Shown: piece by piece, positions 1-9,662 of the stretch
Position numbering within the stretch: the first letter of the stretch is position 1
Layout: the number at the start of each line of letters is the position of its first letter
DNA from: Limisphaerales bacterium
GTDB lineage: Bacteria; Verrucomicrobiota; Verrucomicrobiia; Limisphaerales; CANJXF01
DNA length: 41,087 nucleotides
Assembly: GCA_046593365.1 (NCBI GenBank)
Contig: JBKJOA010000066.1
Coordinates: 1-41,087 of the forward strand
Direction: 5' to 3'
Program-made: the position numbers and the translations under genes
The notes under the pieces: generated by a model
The model's database searches: none
The model's input: only the letters and a program-made list of their open reading frames with translations
What the model was told of the DNA's origin: nothing

Positions 1-1626
1 CCCGTCTTTTTCATTCAAGACGCGATGAAATTTCCCGATCTCGTTCACGCCGTGAAGATGGAACCGGATCGCGGCTTTCCGCAGGCCGCTTCCGCGCACG
101 ACAACTTTTGGGATTTCATTTCGCTCACCCCGGAATCGTTTCACATGATCATGTGGGCGATGTCGGATCGCGGCATTCCGCGTTCGTTGCGCATGATCGA
201 AGGTTTTGGCGTCCACACGTTTCGCCTCATCAACGCAAAGGGCAAATCGCATTTCGTGAAATTTCATTGGCGTCCAACCATCGGCGCCCAATCCGTCATC
301 TGGGATGAAGCGGTCAAAATCAATGGAGCCGACCCGGATTTTCATCGTCGCGATTTGTGGGAAGCCATTCAGAACGGAAATTTCCCCGAATGGGAATTGA
401 GTTTCCAAGTCTTCGATCAAAAAACGGCGGATAGTCTGGACTTCGATATTCTCGATCCGACAAAACTCATTCCCGAAGAAATCATTCCACTTCGCAAAAT
501 CGGAAAGCTCGTGCTGAACCGCAATCCCGACAACTTTTTTGCCGAGACAGAGCAAGTCGCTTTTTGTCCGGCGAACATCGTACCCGGCCTCGGCTTCACC
601 AACGACCCATTGTTGCAAGGTCGTTTGTTTTCTTATCTCGACACGCAACTCAGCCGTCTCGGCGGGCCGAACTTTCATCAGATTCCCGTCAACGCACCGC
701 GCTGTCCGTTTCATAATATGCAGCGCGACGGCATCGGCCAGATGCAAGTGCCGAAAGGCCGCGTGAATTACGAACCGAATTCGCTTGATCCCAATGCGCC
801 GCGTGAAAATCCCACGCTCGGGTTCACCACTTTTCCAGAAGAAGTGAGCGAAGAAAAATTGCGTAAACGTGCGGAAACATTTGCCGATCACTATTCGCAA
901 GCACGTTTATTTTTTCGGTCGTTGACCGAACCTGAACAACGCCATCTCATCAGCGCGCTCGGTTTTGAATTGGGCAAATTGGAACATCAAACGGTGCGTT
1001 CCCGTGTGCTCGGCCACCTCGCAAACATCGACTCGAACTTGCTCAACCAGGTCGAAGAATCGCTCGGCATGAAAGGCAAGGCGGATAAAATTCAACCGGC
1101 TGTTCCGCCACGCGATTTGAAACCTTCGCCCGCGTTGAGTCTCATCAAAAAAGCGCCTTCCACTTTGCAGGGACGAAAAGTCGGCGTGCTGATCACTGAA
1201 GGATTCGACGCCGGATTGCTCGCCTCGTTGCGCAGTTCCGTCAAAGCGGAAAAAGCGGATTTGATGGTAATCGCTCCGAAACTCGGCGGCGTGAAAGACA
1301 GCGCCGGAAAATTAACACCCGCCGACTCCGCACTTTCCGCAGCACCGTCGATTTTCTTCGATGCTCTCATAATTCTCGCCACCAAAAGCGGCGCGGAAAA
1401 ATTGAGCACGGAAGCCGGAGCCGTCGATTGGACACGCGATGCTTTTGGCCATCTCAAAGTCATCGGTCACACCGCCGATGCGCAACCGCTTCTGGATAAA
1501 GCGGGCGTCAAAAAAGATGAAGGCGTCATTGAACTCAACGATAAAAAATCGGTGAGCCATTATATCCAGACCGCAAAAAATGGCCGCATCTGGAAACGCG
1601 AACCCAAATTGCGTTCGCCGGGTTAA
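1..1626 (+). CDS. katE: Large-subunit (HPII/KatE-type) catalase, 5' end cut by the window edge
   Basis: Frame 1 is open from nt 1 ([17 protein letters not shown]...), so the ORF-track Met at 25 is internal. Catalase core motifs are present ([45 protein letters not shown]). A ~150-aa C-terminal flavodoxin/DJ-1-like extension ([13 protein letters not shown]...) is typical of large-subunit catalases. Confidence 0.9.
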   Translation, partial: PVFFIQDAMKFPDLVHAVKMEPDRGFPQAASAHDNFWDFISLTPESFHMIMWAMSDRGIPRSLRMIEGFGVHTFRLINAKGKSHFVKFHWRPTIGAQSVIWDEAVKINGADPDFHRRDLWEAIQNGNFPEWELSFQVFDQKTADSLDFDILDPTKLIPEEIIPLRKIGKLVLNRNPDNFFAETEQVAFCPANIVPGLGFTNDPLLQGRLFSYLDTQLSRLGGPNFHQIPVNAPRCPFHNMQRDGIGQMQVPKGRVNYEPNSLDPNAPRENPTLGFTTFPEEVSEEKLRKRAETFADHYSQARLFFRSLTEPEQRHLISALGFELGKLEHQTVRSRVLGHLANIDSNLLNQVEESLGMKGKADKIQPAVPPRDLKPSPALSLIKKAPSTLQGRKVGVLITEGFDAGLLASLRSSVKAEKADLMVIAPKLGGVKDSAGKLTPADSALSAAPSIFFDALIILATKSGAEKLSTEAGAVDWTRDAFGHLKVIGHTADAQPLLDKAGVKKDEGVIELNDKKSVSHYIQTAKNGRIWKREPKLRSPG

Positions 1627-1641
1627 TCAGTTACCCGCGAT

Positions 1642-1681
1642 GTGAGAAAGGTGTTCATCCGCCTTTCTCACATTATGTTTT
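1642..1681 (+). terminator. Rho-independent terminator candidate after the catalase gene
   Basis: Perfect 10-bp inverted repeat GTGAGAAAGG (1642-1651) / CCTTTCTCAC (1662-1671) with a 10-nt loop. It is followed by T-rich ATTATGTTTTCT and starts 16 nt after the catalase stop. Confidence 0.6.
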
Positions 1682-2889
1682 CTCACATGGACCTCACTTC
1701 TGATTATCCGTTCTGGAGTATTTGCAACGGACTTTTGGAAGTTTATCCCCCGCTGGATCGCGATATTTCCTGCGACGCTCTGGTCATCGGCGGCGGCATC
1801 ACCGGGGCACTGATTGGATTTCATCTCGCGGAAGCCGGCGTCAAAACTGCGCTGATCGACCGGCGCGACATCGGCACCGGCAGCACCAGCGCCAGCACCG
1901 CCCTGCTCCAATATGAAGTCGATGTCCCGTTGCGCGAATTGGTCAAACGTATGCCGCCGCGCGACGCCATTCGCAGTTATCAACTTTGCCGCGAGGCCAT
2001 CGATAAAATCGGCCACCTCGCGCACAAATTGAAAATCGATTGTCAATTTACCAATCGCCCCAGTTTGTTTCTCGCCAAAACCAAGCGGGAGATTCCTGAA
2101 TTCCGCGAAGAATTTAAGTTACGCCGTCAAAATGGTTTTCATTTGGAATTTCTGGAGGAGAAAGCGATCAAGAAATTATTTCCTTTTTCGCGTCCCGCCG
2201 CGCTTTTCTCGCGCGATGGCGGAGAAGTCGATCCCCATAAATTGACGCACGGTTTGATTGCCGCAGCGCAACGACGCGACATGAAAGTGTTTGACCGCAC
2301 GAAGGCCCGGAGTTTTGCGCCCAACCGCCGAGGCGTTCGCGTAACAACAGATCGAGGTTGCGTGATTTCAGCGCGGCGCGTGGTCTTCGCCACCGGATTT
2401 GAATCGATGAATTACGTGCGCGGCGAAGCCGGAAGTTTGAAATGCACCTTCGCCCTCATCAGCGAACCGCTGGCCAAATTTCCCGATTGGCATCAACGCG
2501 CGCTGATTTGGGAAAGCGGCTCGCCTTATCTCTATCTGCGCACCACTGCTGAAAATCGCATCATCGTCGGCGGCGAAGATGAAGATTTTGTGAACCCTGA
2601 AAAACGCGACGCCTTTATTCCGCAAAAAACCCGAACGCTCGTCCGCAAGTTTTCCAAATTATTTCCCGGCGTGAAACTGGAGGTGGCCTACGCGTGGGCC
2701 GGCACTTTTGGAGAAACGAAGGATGGCCTCGCCTACATTGGGAAAAACAAAGACATGCCGCACGCGTATTTTGCTCTGGGCTACGGTGGAAACGGCATTA
2801 CTTACAGCGTGATTGCCGCTGAAATTATCCGAGACGCAATCTTGGAACGCGCTAATCCCGACGCGCGACTTTTTCGTTTTGGCCGTTGA
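1675..2889 (+). CDS. FAD-dependent oxidoreductase (DAO/glycine-oxidase-like family)
   Basis: N-terminal Rossmann dinucleotide motif DALVIGGGITGALIGFHLAEAGVKTALIDRRD. The ORF is ~400 aa and ends GYGGNGITYS... The ORF-track start at 1642 (GTG) lies inside the terminator hairpin, so ATG 1675 (or 1687) is preferred. Confidence 0.8.
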   Translation: MFSHMDLTSDYPFWSICNGLLEVYPPLDRDISCDALVIGGGITGALIGFHLAEAGVKTALIDRRDIGTGSTSASTALLQYEVDVPLRELVKRMPPRDAIRSYQLCREAIDKIGHLAHKLKIDCQFTNRPSLFLAKTKREIPEFREEFKLRRQNGFHLEFLEEKAIKKLFPFSRPAALFSRDGGEVDPHKLTHGLIAAAQRRDMKVFDRTKARSFAPNRRGVRVTTDRGCVISARRVVFATGFESMNYVRGEAGSLKCTFALISEPLAKFPDWHQRALIWESGSPYLYLRTTAENRIIVGGEDEDFVNPEKRDAFIPQKTRTLVRKFSKLFPGVKLEVAYAWAGTFGETKDGLAYIGKNKDMPHAYFALGYGGNGITYSVIAAEIIRDAILERANPDARLFRFGR

Positions 2890-2992
2890 GTGGAGCAAAA
2901 CAATTCGCAGGATAATTACGGGCAATTGGGTCTGGTCGCTCCGATTCGCTTTTGCACCTTGAAGTTTCATCTGCGCTCCTTAATTTTCTCCC

Positions 2993-3274
2993 ATGTCAGA
3001 TTTTGATGTAAAATATGTGGCGAACCTCGCGCGCATTGCGTTGTCACCCGCCGAAGAAGAAAAACTTGGGACGCAACTTAATGGCATTCTGGGCTACATC
3101 GAAAAATTGAAGGAACTGGATGTCACCAATGTGGAGCCGACTGCCCATGCCGTTCCATTGATAAATGTATTCCGCGCCGATGAAATTCGCTCGTCCATTT
3201 CCAATGAAGAAGCTCTCCGCAATGCGCCCGCAAAAGCCAACGGACTTTTTCTCGTTCCTAAAATTGTGGAATAA
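2993..3274 (+). CDS. gatC: Asp-tRNA(Asn)/Glu-tRNA(Gln) amidotransferase subunit C
   Basis: 93-aa protein. VKYVANLARIALSPAEEEKLGTQLNGILGYIEKLKELDV..EPTAHAV is the canonical GatC pattern. It sits directly upstream of gatA. Confidence 0.9.
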   Translation: MSDFDVKYVANLARIALSPAEEEKLGTQLNGILGYIEKLKELDVTNVEPTAHAVPLINVFRADEIRSSISNEEALRNAPAKANGLFLVPKIVE

Positions 3275-3275
3275 C

Positions 3276-3354
3276 AACCACGAATTCACACGAATGAACA
3301 CGAACTCCGACAGGTCTTTCAACAATTCGTGTTTATTCGTGTCCATTCGTGGTT
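3276..3354. repeat. REP-like imperfect palindrome in the gatC-gatA spacer
   Basis: The 29-nt arms 3276-3304 (AACCACGAATTCACACGAATGAACACGAA) and 3326-3354 (TTCGTGTTTATTCGTGTCCATTCGTGGTT) are complementary at 26/29 positions, with a 21-nt loop. Each arm holds three CACGAA/TTCGTG hexamers at an exact 10-nt period (3279, 3289, 3299 and 3326, 3336, 3346). Confidence 0.8.
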
Positions 3355-3362
3355 AGAAACTC

Positions 3363-4829
3363 ATGCTCAATCAACTCACTATTTCCGGACTGGCCGCAAA
3401 ATTGTCCAAACGCGAAGTCTCATCGCGGGAAGCGATGCAATCTTGCCTCGACCAAATCCAGCGCGTGGATGAAAAAATTCACGCCTTCATTTCGCACGAT
3501 GCCGCTGATGCGCTCGCTCAAGCTGACGTTGTTGATAAAGAAATTTCCGACGGAACAACCTACGCGCAAAAACCGCTGCTCGGGATTCCCATTGCCGTCA
3601 AAGACGTTCTTGCCGTCAAAAACCAGCCGCTCAATTGCGGCTCGAAAATTCTCGGCAAATTCATCTCGCCTTACGACGCCACCGCGATTGAAAAGTTAAA
3701 AGCGGCGGGCGCAATTATTTTTGGCCGGTTGAACATGGACGAATTTGCGATGGGAAGTTCGACGGAAAATTCTGCATTCGGCGCGACGAAAAACCCTTGG
3801 GACACCACGCGAATTCCGGGTGGATCGTCCGGCGGTTCAGCGGCGGCCGTTGCGGCGGATGAATGTCTGGCTTCACTGGGCACTGATACGGGCGGTTCGA
3901 TTCGCCAACCCGCTGCGCTTTGTGGCTGCGTCGGACTGAAGCCAACTTATGGACGCATTTCTCGTTACGGCCTCGTCGCGTTTGCTTCGTCACTCGATCA
4001 AATCGGCTCCTTCACAAAAAATGTTCGCGATGCGGCGACATTGCTCGAAGTGATGAGCGGCGTTGACCCTCGCGATTCGACGAGCATTCCTCACCCCGTT
4101 CCAAATTACGGAGCAGCGCTCACGGGTGAAATCAAAGGTTTGAAACTCGGTTTGCCGAAGGAATACATGATCGGCGGGATGAATCCTGAAGTGAAGCAAG
4201 CCGTCGATGCCGCAGTGAAAAAACTCGAAAAACTCGGCGCGGAAATCGTGGAAATTTCTTTGCCGCACACCGATTACGCTGTTGCGACCTACTATATCGT
4301 CGCCACTGCCGAGGCGAGCGCGAACCTCGCGCGCTTCGACGGCATTCGTTACGGCGCGCGTGTTGATGGCGCGACACCCGATGAACTTTACAGCAAAACT
4401 CGTGGCGCGGGATTCGGCGCGGAAGTGAAACGGAGGATTATTCTCGGCACCTACGTTTTGAGCAGCGGTTATTACGACGCATTTTATTTGCGCGCCCAGA
4501 AAGTGCGCACGTTGATTCGTCAGGACTTTTTGAAAGCGTTTGAAAAAGTGGACGCCATCGTCACGCCAACCACTCCGACGCCCGCCTTTAAAATCGGAGA
4601 GAAATCCGATGATCCGTTGCAAATGTATCTCTCCGACATTTTCACAATTTCCTGCAACCTCGCTGGAATTCCCGGCGTGAGTTTGCCATGTGGTTTTACA
4701 ACAAATCCAAAACTCCCCATTGGATTGCAACTTCTCGGCAAACCATTTGGTGAAGAAACGATATTGAATATTGCTCATGCCTACGAGCAATCCACCGATT
4801 GGCATAAAGAAAAGCCGCAGTTAAAATGA
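3363..4829 (+). CDS. gatA: Asp-tRNA(Asn)/Glu-tRNA(Gln) amidotransferase subunit A
   Basis: Amidase-signature protein of 488 aa with the motifs [13 protein letters not shown] and [13 protein letters not shown]. It has a GatA-typical N-terminus and follows gatC. Confidence 0.95.
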   Translation: MLNQLTISGLAAKLSKREVSSREAMQSCLDQIQRVDEKIHAFISHDAADALAQADVVDKEISDGTTYAQKPLLGIPIAVKDVLAVKNQPLNCGSKILGKFISPYDATAIEKLKAAGAIIFGRLNMDEFAMGSSTENSAFGATKNPWDTTRIPGGSSGGSAAAVAADECLASLGTDTGGSIRQPAALCGCVGLKPTYGRISRYGLVAFASSLDQIGSFTKNVRDAATLLEVMSGVDPRDSTSIPHPVPNYGAALTGEIKGLKLGLPKEYMIGGMNPEVKQAVDAAVKKLEKLGAEIVEISLPHTDYAVATYYIVATAEASANLARFDGIRYGARVDGATPDELYSKTRGAGFGAEVKRRIILGTYVLSSGYYDAFYLRAQKVRTLIRQDFLKAFEKVDAIVTPTTPTPAFKIGEKSDDPLQMYLSDIFTISCNLAGIPGVSLPCGFTTNPKLPIGLQLLGKPFGEETILNIAHAYEQSTDWHKEKPQLK

Positions 4830-4839
4830 ACCCATATTT

Positions 4840-5634
4840 ATGACCCAGCCACTCAAGATTGTTTCACCGATTCGACTGAAAAATTTCGATCCGGGTTTCA
4901 CCGGCGGTTTGGACAAGGAACAAGCGCGCGAAGCCACCATTCCCCTTTGTGTGCGCATTGGAGAATTGCAGGAACGCCTTTACGCCAACGCGCGCCATTC
5001 CGTGCTCATTTTGTTGCAGGGAATGGACACGAGCGGCAAGGACGGCGTGGCCAAACGAGTGCTGGAATTCGTCAACCCAAGCGGCGTCGAAACCGTAAAT
5101 TTCAAAACTCCTTCAGCAGAAGAACTTTCCCACGATTTTCTTTGGCGTGTGCATAAGGCTGTGCCGCGTTATGGGAACATCGGCGTTTTCAACCGTTCTC
5201 ATTACGAAGATGTGCTCATCGTGCGCGTGCTGAAGTTGGTGCCGAAATCTATTTGGCAATCCCGCTATTCCCACATCAATGCTTTCGAGAAATACCTTTC
5301 CGATAACGGGGTTGTCTTACTCAAATTTTTTCTCCACATCAGCAAAGAGGAACAAGCCGAACGATTTAAAGCCCGACTCGACGACCCCGCCAAAAATTGG
5401 AAGTTTCGCACAGGTGACCTTGAAATGCGCGCGCATTGGAAAGAATTTCAAGAGGCCTACGAAGCTGCCATCAATCATTGCAGCACGCAGTTTGCGCCGT
5501 GGCACATCGTTCCGAGTGATCATAAATGGTATCGCAATTACGTCGTGGCTCGCACCGTCGTTGACGCTTTGGAAAAGTTGAAACTCAAGTGGCCAAAGCC
5601 TAAAGAAGATCTATCGAAAATTCGGATCGTGTGA
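4840..5634 (+). CDS. ppk2: Polyphosphate kinase 2 family (polyphosphate:nucleotide phosphotransferase)
   Basis: 264 aa with a Walker-A-like LLQGMDTSGKDG and the lid-region pattern FNRSHYEDVLIVRV. The size fits a single-domain PPK2. Confidence 0.85.
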   Translation: MTQPLKIVSPIRLKNFDPGFTGGLDKEQAREATIPLCVRIGELQERLYANARHSVLILLQGMDTSGKDGVAKRVLEFVNPSGVETVNFKTPSAEELSHDFLWRVHKAVPRYGNIGVFNRSHYEDVLIVRVLKLVPKSIWQSRYSHINAFEKYLSDNGVVLLKFFLHISKEEQAERFKARLDDPAKNWKFRTGDLEMRAHWKEFQEAYEAAINHCSTQFAPWHIVPSDHKWYRNYVVARTVVDALEKLKLKWPKPKEDLSKIRIV

Positions 5635-5659
5635 AAAATCAATTTTCAGACAAAGAGTA

Positions 5660-8600
5660 TCACCCCTTCGGTAACTCGATCCAGAAACGGCTGCCCTGGC
5701 CAGGCTCTGATTCCAATCCCATTTTGCCGTTCATCCGTTCAACGCCTTTACGCACGATGGACAGACCGATGCCGGTGCCCGGATAGCGCGAGCCTTGTAA
5801 TCGTTCGAAAACGCGGAAGACGCGCTCGTGATGTTCTTTTGGGATTCCCAAGCCATTGTCTTGTATCCAGAGCCGCACGGCGCCGCCATTTTCTTCTGCC
5901 CAGAAACGGATGTGGGGTTGGACACCGCGCGGGACGAATTTGATGGCGTTGCTCAATAGGTTGGCGAGCGCCTGCGAAAATGTTGCTTCGTGTGCGCGCA
6001 CTATGGGAAACGGCGGAGCCGCTTCAATCTGCGTTTTTGTTTTTTCGATTTCTGTCCCGCATTGAAAGAGCGCATTGTCCCAAGCTTTTTGCACATGGAC
6101 TGGCTCGAATTCTATTTCCGCGCGAGCCGTCCGGCCAAACGCGAGCAAATCCAGGATCAACTTATCCATGAACTCGGCGGAATGATTGATGCGCGTGAGA
6201 TAATTGCTGGCGGTGTCGTCGAGCGTGGCGGCGTGGTCGTCCATCAACAGTTGCGAGAAGCCTTGCATGGAGCGGAGCGGAGCGCGCAGATCGTGCGCGA
6301 TGGAATAAACATAGGCTTCGAGTTGTTCGTTGGTTTCGCGCAATTCGGCGGTTCGTTCCGCGACGGTCGCTTCGAGGTTCTGGTTCTGACGTTCCAACTC
6401 CTCCTCGCTTTCTCTCAAGGCCTCGCGCGCATGACGTTCCTCGGTTATATCGGTGTGAACCCCAACCCACTCGCGGATCGTGCCGTTGTCGGCGAACACC
6501 GGCACCGCGCAAATGGAACACAAGCGCCATTCCCCATCGCGCCGACGAACGCGATGCTCGAACTCAAACATTTTTTTCTCCGCCACCGCCTGGTTCCAAC
6601 TATTGATGGTCGGTTGCGCATCCTCCGGATGAACGGCCTTGGCCCAACCGTACCCTTGATAATCCTCGATTGTTTGCCCCGTGAAACCCGACCAGCCGGG
6701 TTGCTCTCCTTCCATTTGCCCCAAGTGATTATTCGTCCAGACCAGGCTGCTGACCGCGCCCGCCGCAGCGCGAAAGCGCGCCTCGCTCGCCCGTAACGCT
6801 TCTTCCGCCTGTTTCCGTTCCGTGACGTCGAGATTCGTTCCCACCACCCAGGCGGCTTCTCCCTTGGCGTTAAGGCGGACCGCTTCTACCGATTCGATAT
6901 AGCGGCATTCCTTGTCACCCATCCTGCGAATGCGGAATTCGCGGCGGCTTTGCCCGAGGCGGCGCACCGTGTCTTGCAAAATTTCATCTTGCCGCTGCAA
7001 ATCCTCGGGTAGCACGCACTCGGCCCAACTGCTGTAGGTAATAATCCCATCCGGCGTGGGCGTCATTCCATAAATCCGAAACAACTGGGCATTCCAATGC
7101 ACCTTGCCATTACTTAAATTCCATTCCCAAACGCCTACCCCCGTCGTCTCCGTGGCCAGACGCATGAGTTCTTCGCTTTGGCGCAATGCTTTCTCGGCTC
7201 GTCTTGCTTCTGTAATATCCACTCCGGTCGGGTGCAGAAGGATGACTTGGCCCTGACCGTTGCAGATGGGATGAAGGGCGAAATCGACTACCCGTTCGGT
7301 ACCGTCTGCCCACCAGTAGGGAAGGATCTCGCGATAAGCATCACCTTGGGCCGCTTTCCGCGTGCCCGCTAGAATTTTGTCTTGCACGTCCTTCGACTTA
7401 CGCCACCACGGTGTTTCCCAAAATGGAAATCCAATCACTTCCTCCGCTCGATAACCGCAAGCGTCCAGGCATAACCGGTTCGCTTCAGTGAAAATTCCGT
7501 CCACCGTCATCACTCCCGCAAACACGGCGGCCTGATCAAAGATAGCCTGGAACTTGGCATTGGCGGCGATGGCCTCGGCGCTGAGTTGCCGTTCGCGATC
7601 CTCAGCACGCTTGCGCTCGGTGATGTCGATGAACGAAGTCATCGCGCCGGTAATTACACCCTGTGCGTTCTTCAACGCGACAAAATTCACCAGCACAGCC
7701 ACGCGCGATCCGTCAGGCCGTTCGATAAATACTTCCACGTTATACGCCGGAATTCCGGTGCGCATCACTTCCACAATTGGGCTTAGTGTGTGCAGCAAAA
7801 GCGTGCCGTCGGGAAGCCACAACTTCACTGAGCCGCAATGTTGCTCGACGCCGCACGTTGGTTCTCTGCCCCAAAGCTCCACCGCGCGGCGGTTGTAATG
7901 TTGAATCACCGCGTTCCTGTCGCAGACGAATACGGCCACGGGCGCTGAGTTGAACAAGGTGTGGTAGCGTTCTTCACTTTCGTGCAATGATTGTTCGGCA
8001 ATCCTGCTTCCCGTAATGTCCGTGTAGCTGGTCAGGATCGATTCAGTCTTGGGGTCCAGCACCCACCGGCAAAGCGAAGTCACGCGCCGTCCGTCACGCG
8101 CTATCTGGACGACCTCGCCGCAGAACTGCCCATCCCGGTGAAGTTCCGCGATAATTTCCTCCATCGGCCTGGGAAATTCCGTTTTCATCAAGCGGTGAAG
8201 GTGTTTCCCAATCACTTCTTCGGAGGTCCAGCCGTAAAGCTCCTTCGCCCCATTGTTCCACAAACTGATTTTGTCATCCAGACCACACACGATGATGGCG
8301 TCATTGGTCAGGTCGAGCAGGCGCGCTTTTTCCGCCAGTGCTTGCGCCGTTTCTTCGCGCGCCGTTTCCGCCGTTTCGGTGAGTTCATGCTGGCGCACCG
8401 AACTGAGCAATAACGCCTCGTTCATCGCGATCACCTTTTCATGAAACTCTGCGGTCTCGGTCACTTGAATCATGACTCCTGTCGCGCGTTTATTCGTCAA
8501 AACTGGCCAGGCTGAGAAAGACCAAAAAAGAGAACCAATTTCAGAATGCTCCCGTTCCGTATGGTTTTCGGGTTTTCCGGAGCGGAAAACGCGGTCCAGC

Positions 8601-8806
8601 AACTCCACAAAGCCATTTTTTTCCGGCAGCAGGTCGCCGAACGGTTTCCCGACAAGTTGTTCCGCCGGTTTATTGGCCATGCGGCAAAAGGCGGAATTCA
8701 CAAAGCGCACGATGTGCCCGTTTCCCTCCAGCGTAACTATCGGCAGCGGCGCGCTCTCGATGAGGGCAAGGCAGAGGCTCGATGGATCAGGCTGGCCCGT
8801 TTTCAT
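5660..8806 (-). CDS. Cytoplasmic multi-PAS sensor histidine kinase
   Basis: 1048 aa with no obvious TM segment and about six PAS/PAC-like units (repeated ...DITERK/DVTERK/DITEAR boundaries). The H-box is YSIAHDLRAPLRSMQGFSQLL. The C-terminal HATPase has N/G boxes (LSNAIKF, QDNGLGI, GTGIGLSIV). Confidence 0.9.
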   Translation of the reverse strand: MKTGQPDPSSLCLALIESAPLPIVTLEGNGHIVRFVNSAFCRMANKPAEQLVGKPFGDLLPEKNGFVELLDRVFRSGKPENHTEREHSEIGSLFWSFSAWPVLTNKRATGVMIQVTETAEFHEKVIAMNEALLLSSVRQHELTETAETAREETAQALAEKARLLDLTNDAIIVCGLDDKISLWNNGAKELYGWTSEEVIGKHLHRLMKTEFPRPMEEIIAELHRDGQFCGEVVQIARDGRRVTSLCRWVLDPKTESILTSYTDITGSRIAEQSLHESEERYHTLFNSAPVAVFVCDRNAVIQHYNRRAVELWGREPTCGVEQHCGSVKLWLPDGTLLLHTLSPIVEVMRTGIPAYNVEVFIERPDGSRVAVLVNFVALKNAQGVITGAMTSFIDITERKRAEDRERQLSAEAIAANAKFQAIFDQAAVFAGVMTVDGIFTEANRLCLDACGYRAEEVIGFPFWETPWWRKSKDVQDKILAGTRKAAQGDAYREILPYWWADGTERVVDFALHPICNGQGQVILLHPTGVDITEARRAEKALRQSEELMRLATETTGVGVWEWNLSNGKVHWNAQLFRIYGMTPTPDGIITYSSWAECVLPEDLQRQDEILQDTVRRLGQSRREFRIRRMGDKECRYIESVEAVRLNAKGEAAWVVGTNLDVTERKQAEEALRASEARFRAAAGAVSSLVWTNNHLGQMEGEQPGWSGFTGQTIEDYQGYGWAKAVHPEDAQPTINSWNQAVAEKKMFEFEHRVRRRDGEWRLCSICAVPVFADNGTIREWVGVHTDITEERHAREALRESEEELERQNQNLEATVAERTAELRETNEQLEAYVYSIAHDLRAPLRSMQGFSQLLMDDHAATLDDTASNYLTRINHSAEFMDKLILDLLAFGRTARAEIEFEPVHVQKAWDNALFQCGTEIEKTKTQIEAAPPFPIVRAHEATFSQALANLLSNAIKFVPRGVQPHIRFWAEENGGAVRLWIQDNGLGIPKEHHERVFRVFERLQGSRYPGTGIGLSIVRKGVERMNGKMGLESEPGQGSRFWIELPKG

Positions 8807-8943
8807 GACTCTCCATTTTTAAAGTGCGATAAAATAAAACGTAAAACGCTCCCGGGTAATCTCACTTCGTTTCAATTAATGAGGGAGTGGGGAAACCCTG
8901 AAATTCTTCATGAGGGAAACCTTTTGAAAAACAAATAGTTTCG

Positions 8944-8970
8944 TTGAGACGCCTCGGTGAGACGTCTCAA
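8944..8970 (-). terminator. Hairpin between the receiver gene and the kinase gene (weak terminator or operator candidate)
   Basis: TTGAGACG (8944-8951) / CGTCTCAA (8963-8970) inverted repeat that includes the self-palindrome GAGACGTCTC. On the minus strand a TTTGTTTTT run begins ~9 nt after the stem, which is not a canonical spacing. Confidence 0.3.
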
Positions 8971-9069
8971 TACTACGAGAGGGGTTTATCATTTGAGGCG
9001 GCTAACCGAGCCGTCTTTACCGTTGTTCAGGAAAAAGGGGGAAGTTCATGACGGAAAACGTCTCTGTTT

Positions 9070-9543
9070 TTAACGCCTGACCAGCGACGGCTTTTCGGGC
9101 GAAAGAATCGGCAGACAAATGAACTTATGCCATAAAACCAACCCCCGGATGAAAGCGACCAAATCCTCCACACGGCCCGGCTTGGTGACGTAAGAGTTTG
9201 CCCGCAACTCATAAGCGCGACGCACATCCGCGTCTCGGCACGAAGTGGTGAGAATATGGACAAGCAATGAGCTAAATTTCGGATCCTGTCGAATCCATTG
9301 CAGCACTTCAAATCCGTTAATGCGGGGCATGTTCAAGTCGAGCAGGACGACGTCGGGCAGCGGACACGCCGCGCGGTCGGTGAAATCGCCCCCGCCCGTT
9401 AAATAAGCAATCGCCTCTTCTCCATCGCAAACGGTTTGCAACCTGACCTCAGGAACATCGGCTTTTTTCAGAGCCATACGGAAGAGAGTGAGATCGTCTT
9501 TATTATCTTCGGCGAGCAGGACGGTGAGGCTGTAGTTATTCAT
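9070..9543 (-). CDS. Stand-alone response-regulator receiver protein
   Basis: CheY-like pattern VLLAEDNKDD...PDVVLLDLNMPRINGFEVL...ILTTS...AYELRANSYVTKP with no output domain. ATG 9543 (MNNYSLTVLLAEDN) is preferred over the longest ORF start at 9567. Confidence 0.85.
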   Translation of the reverse strand: MNNYSLTVLLAEDNKDDLTLFRMALKKADVPEVRLQTVCDGEEAIAYLTGGGDFTDRAACPLPDVVLLDLNMPRINGFEVLQWIRQDPKFSSLLVHILTTSCRDADVRRAYELRANSYVTKPGRVEDLVAFIRGLVLWHKFICLPILSPEKPSLVRR

Positions 9544-9662
9544 CCCAGTGCGACTATGTACTCCCATCCCTCACCCTATTCAACAGAATTTCCCCGGCTA
9601 AAAATTTATTTGAGGACCATAAATAAAGCGGCTGTCCTTGAGACAATCATCGCTAATGAGCC

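Noticed and set aside
3990-4805. 271-aa ORF on the minus strand, opposite gatA
   Set aside because: It lies entirely antisense to a confidently identified gatA. Its Arg/Gly/Phe-rich composition is typical of shadow ORFs, and it has no motifs.
5990-6796. 268-aa plus-strand ORF inside the histidine kinase gene
   Set aside because: It is an antisense shadow of the kinase CDS, with a low-complexity Arg/Gly/Leu-rich translation and no start context.
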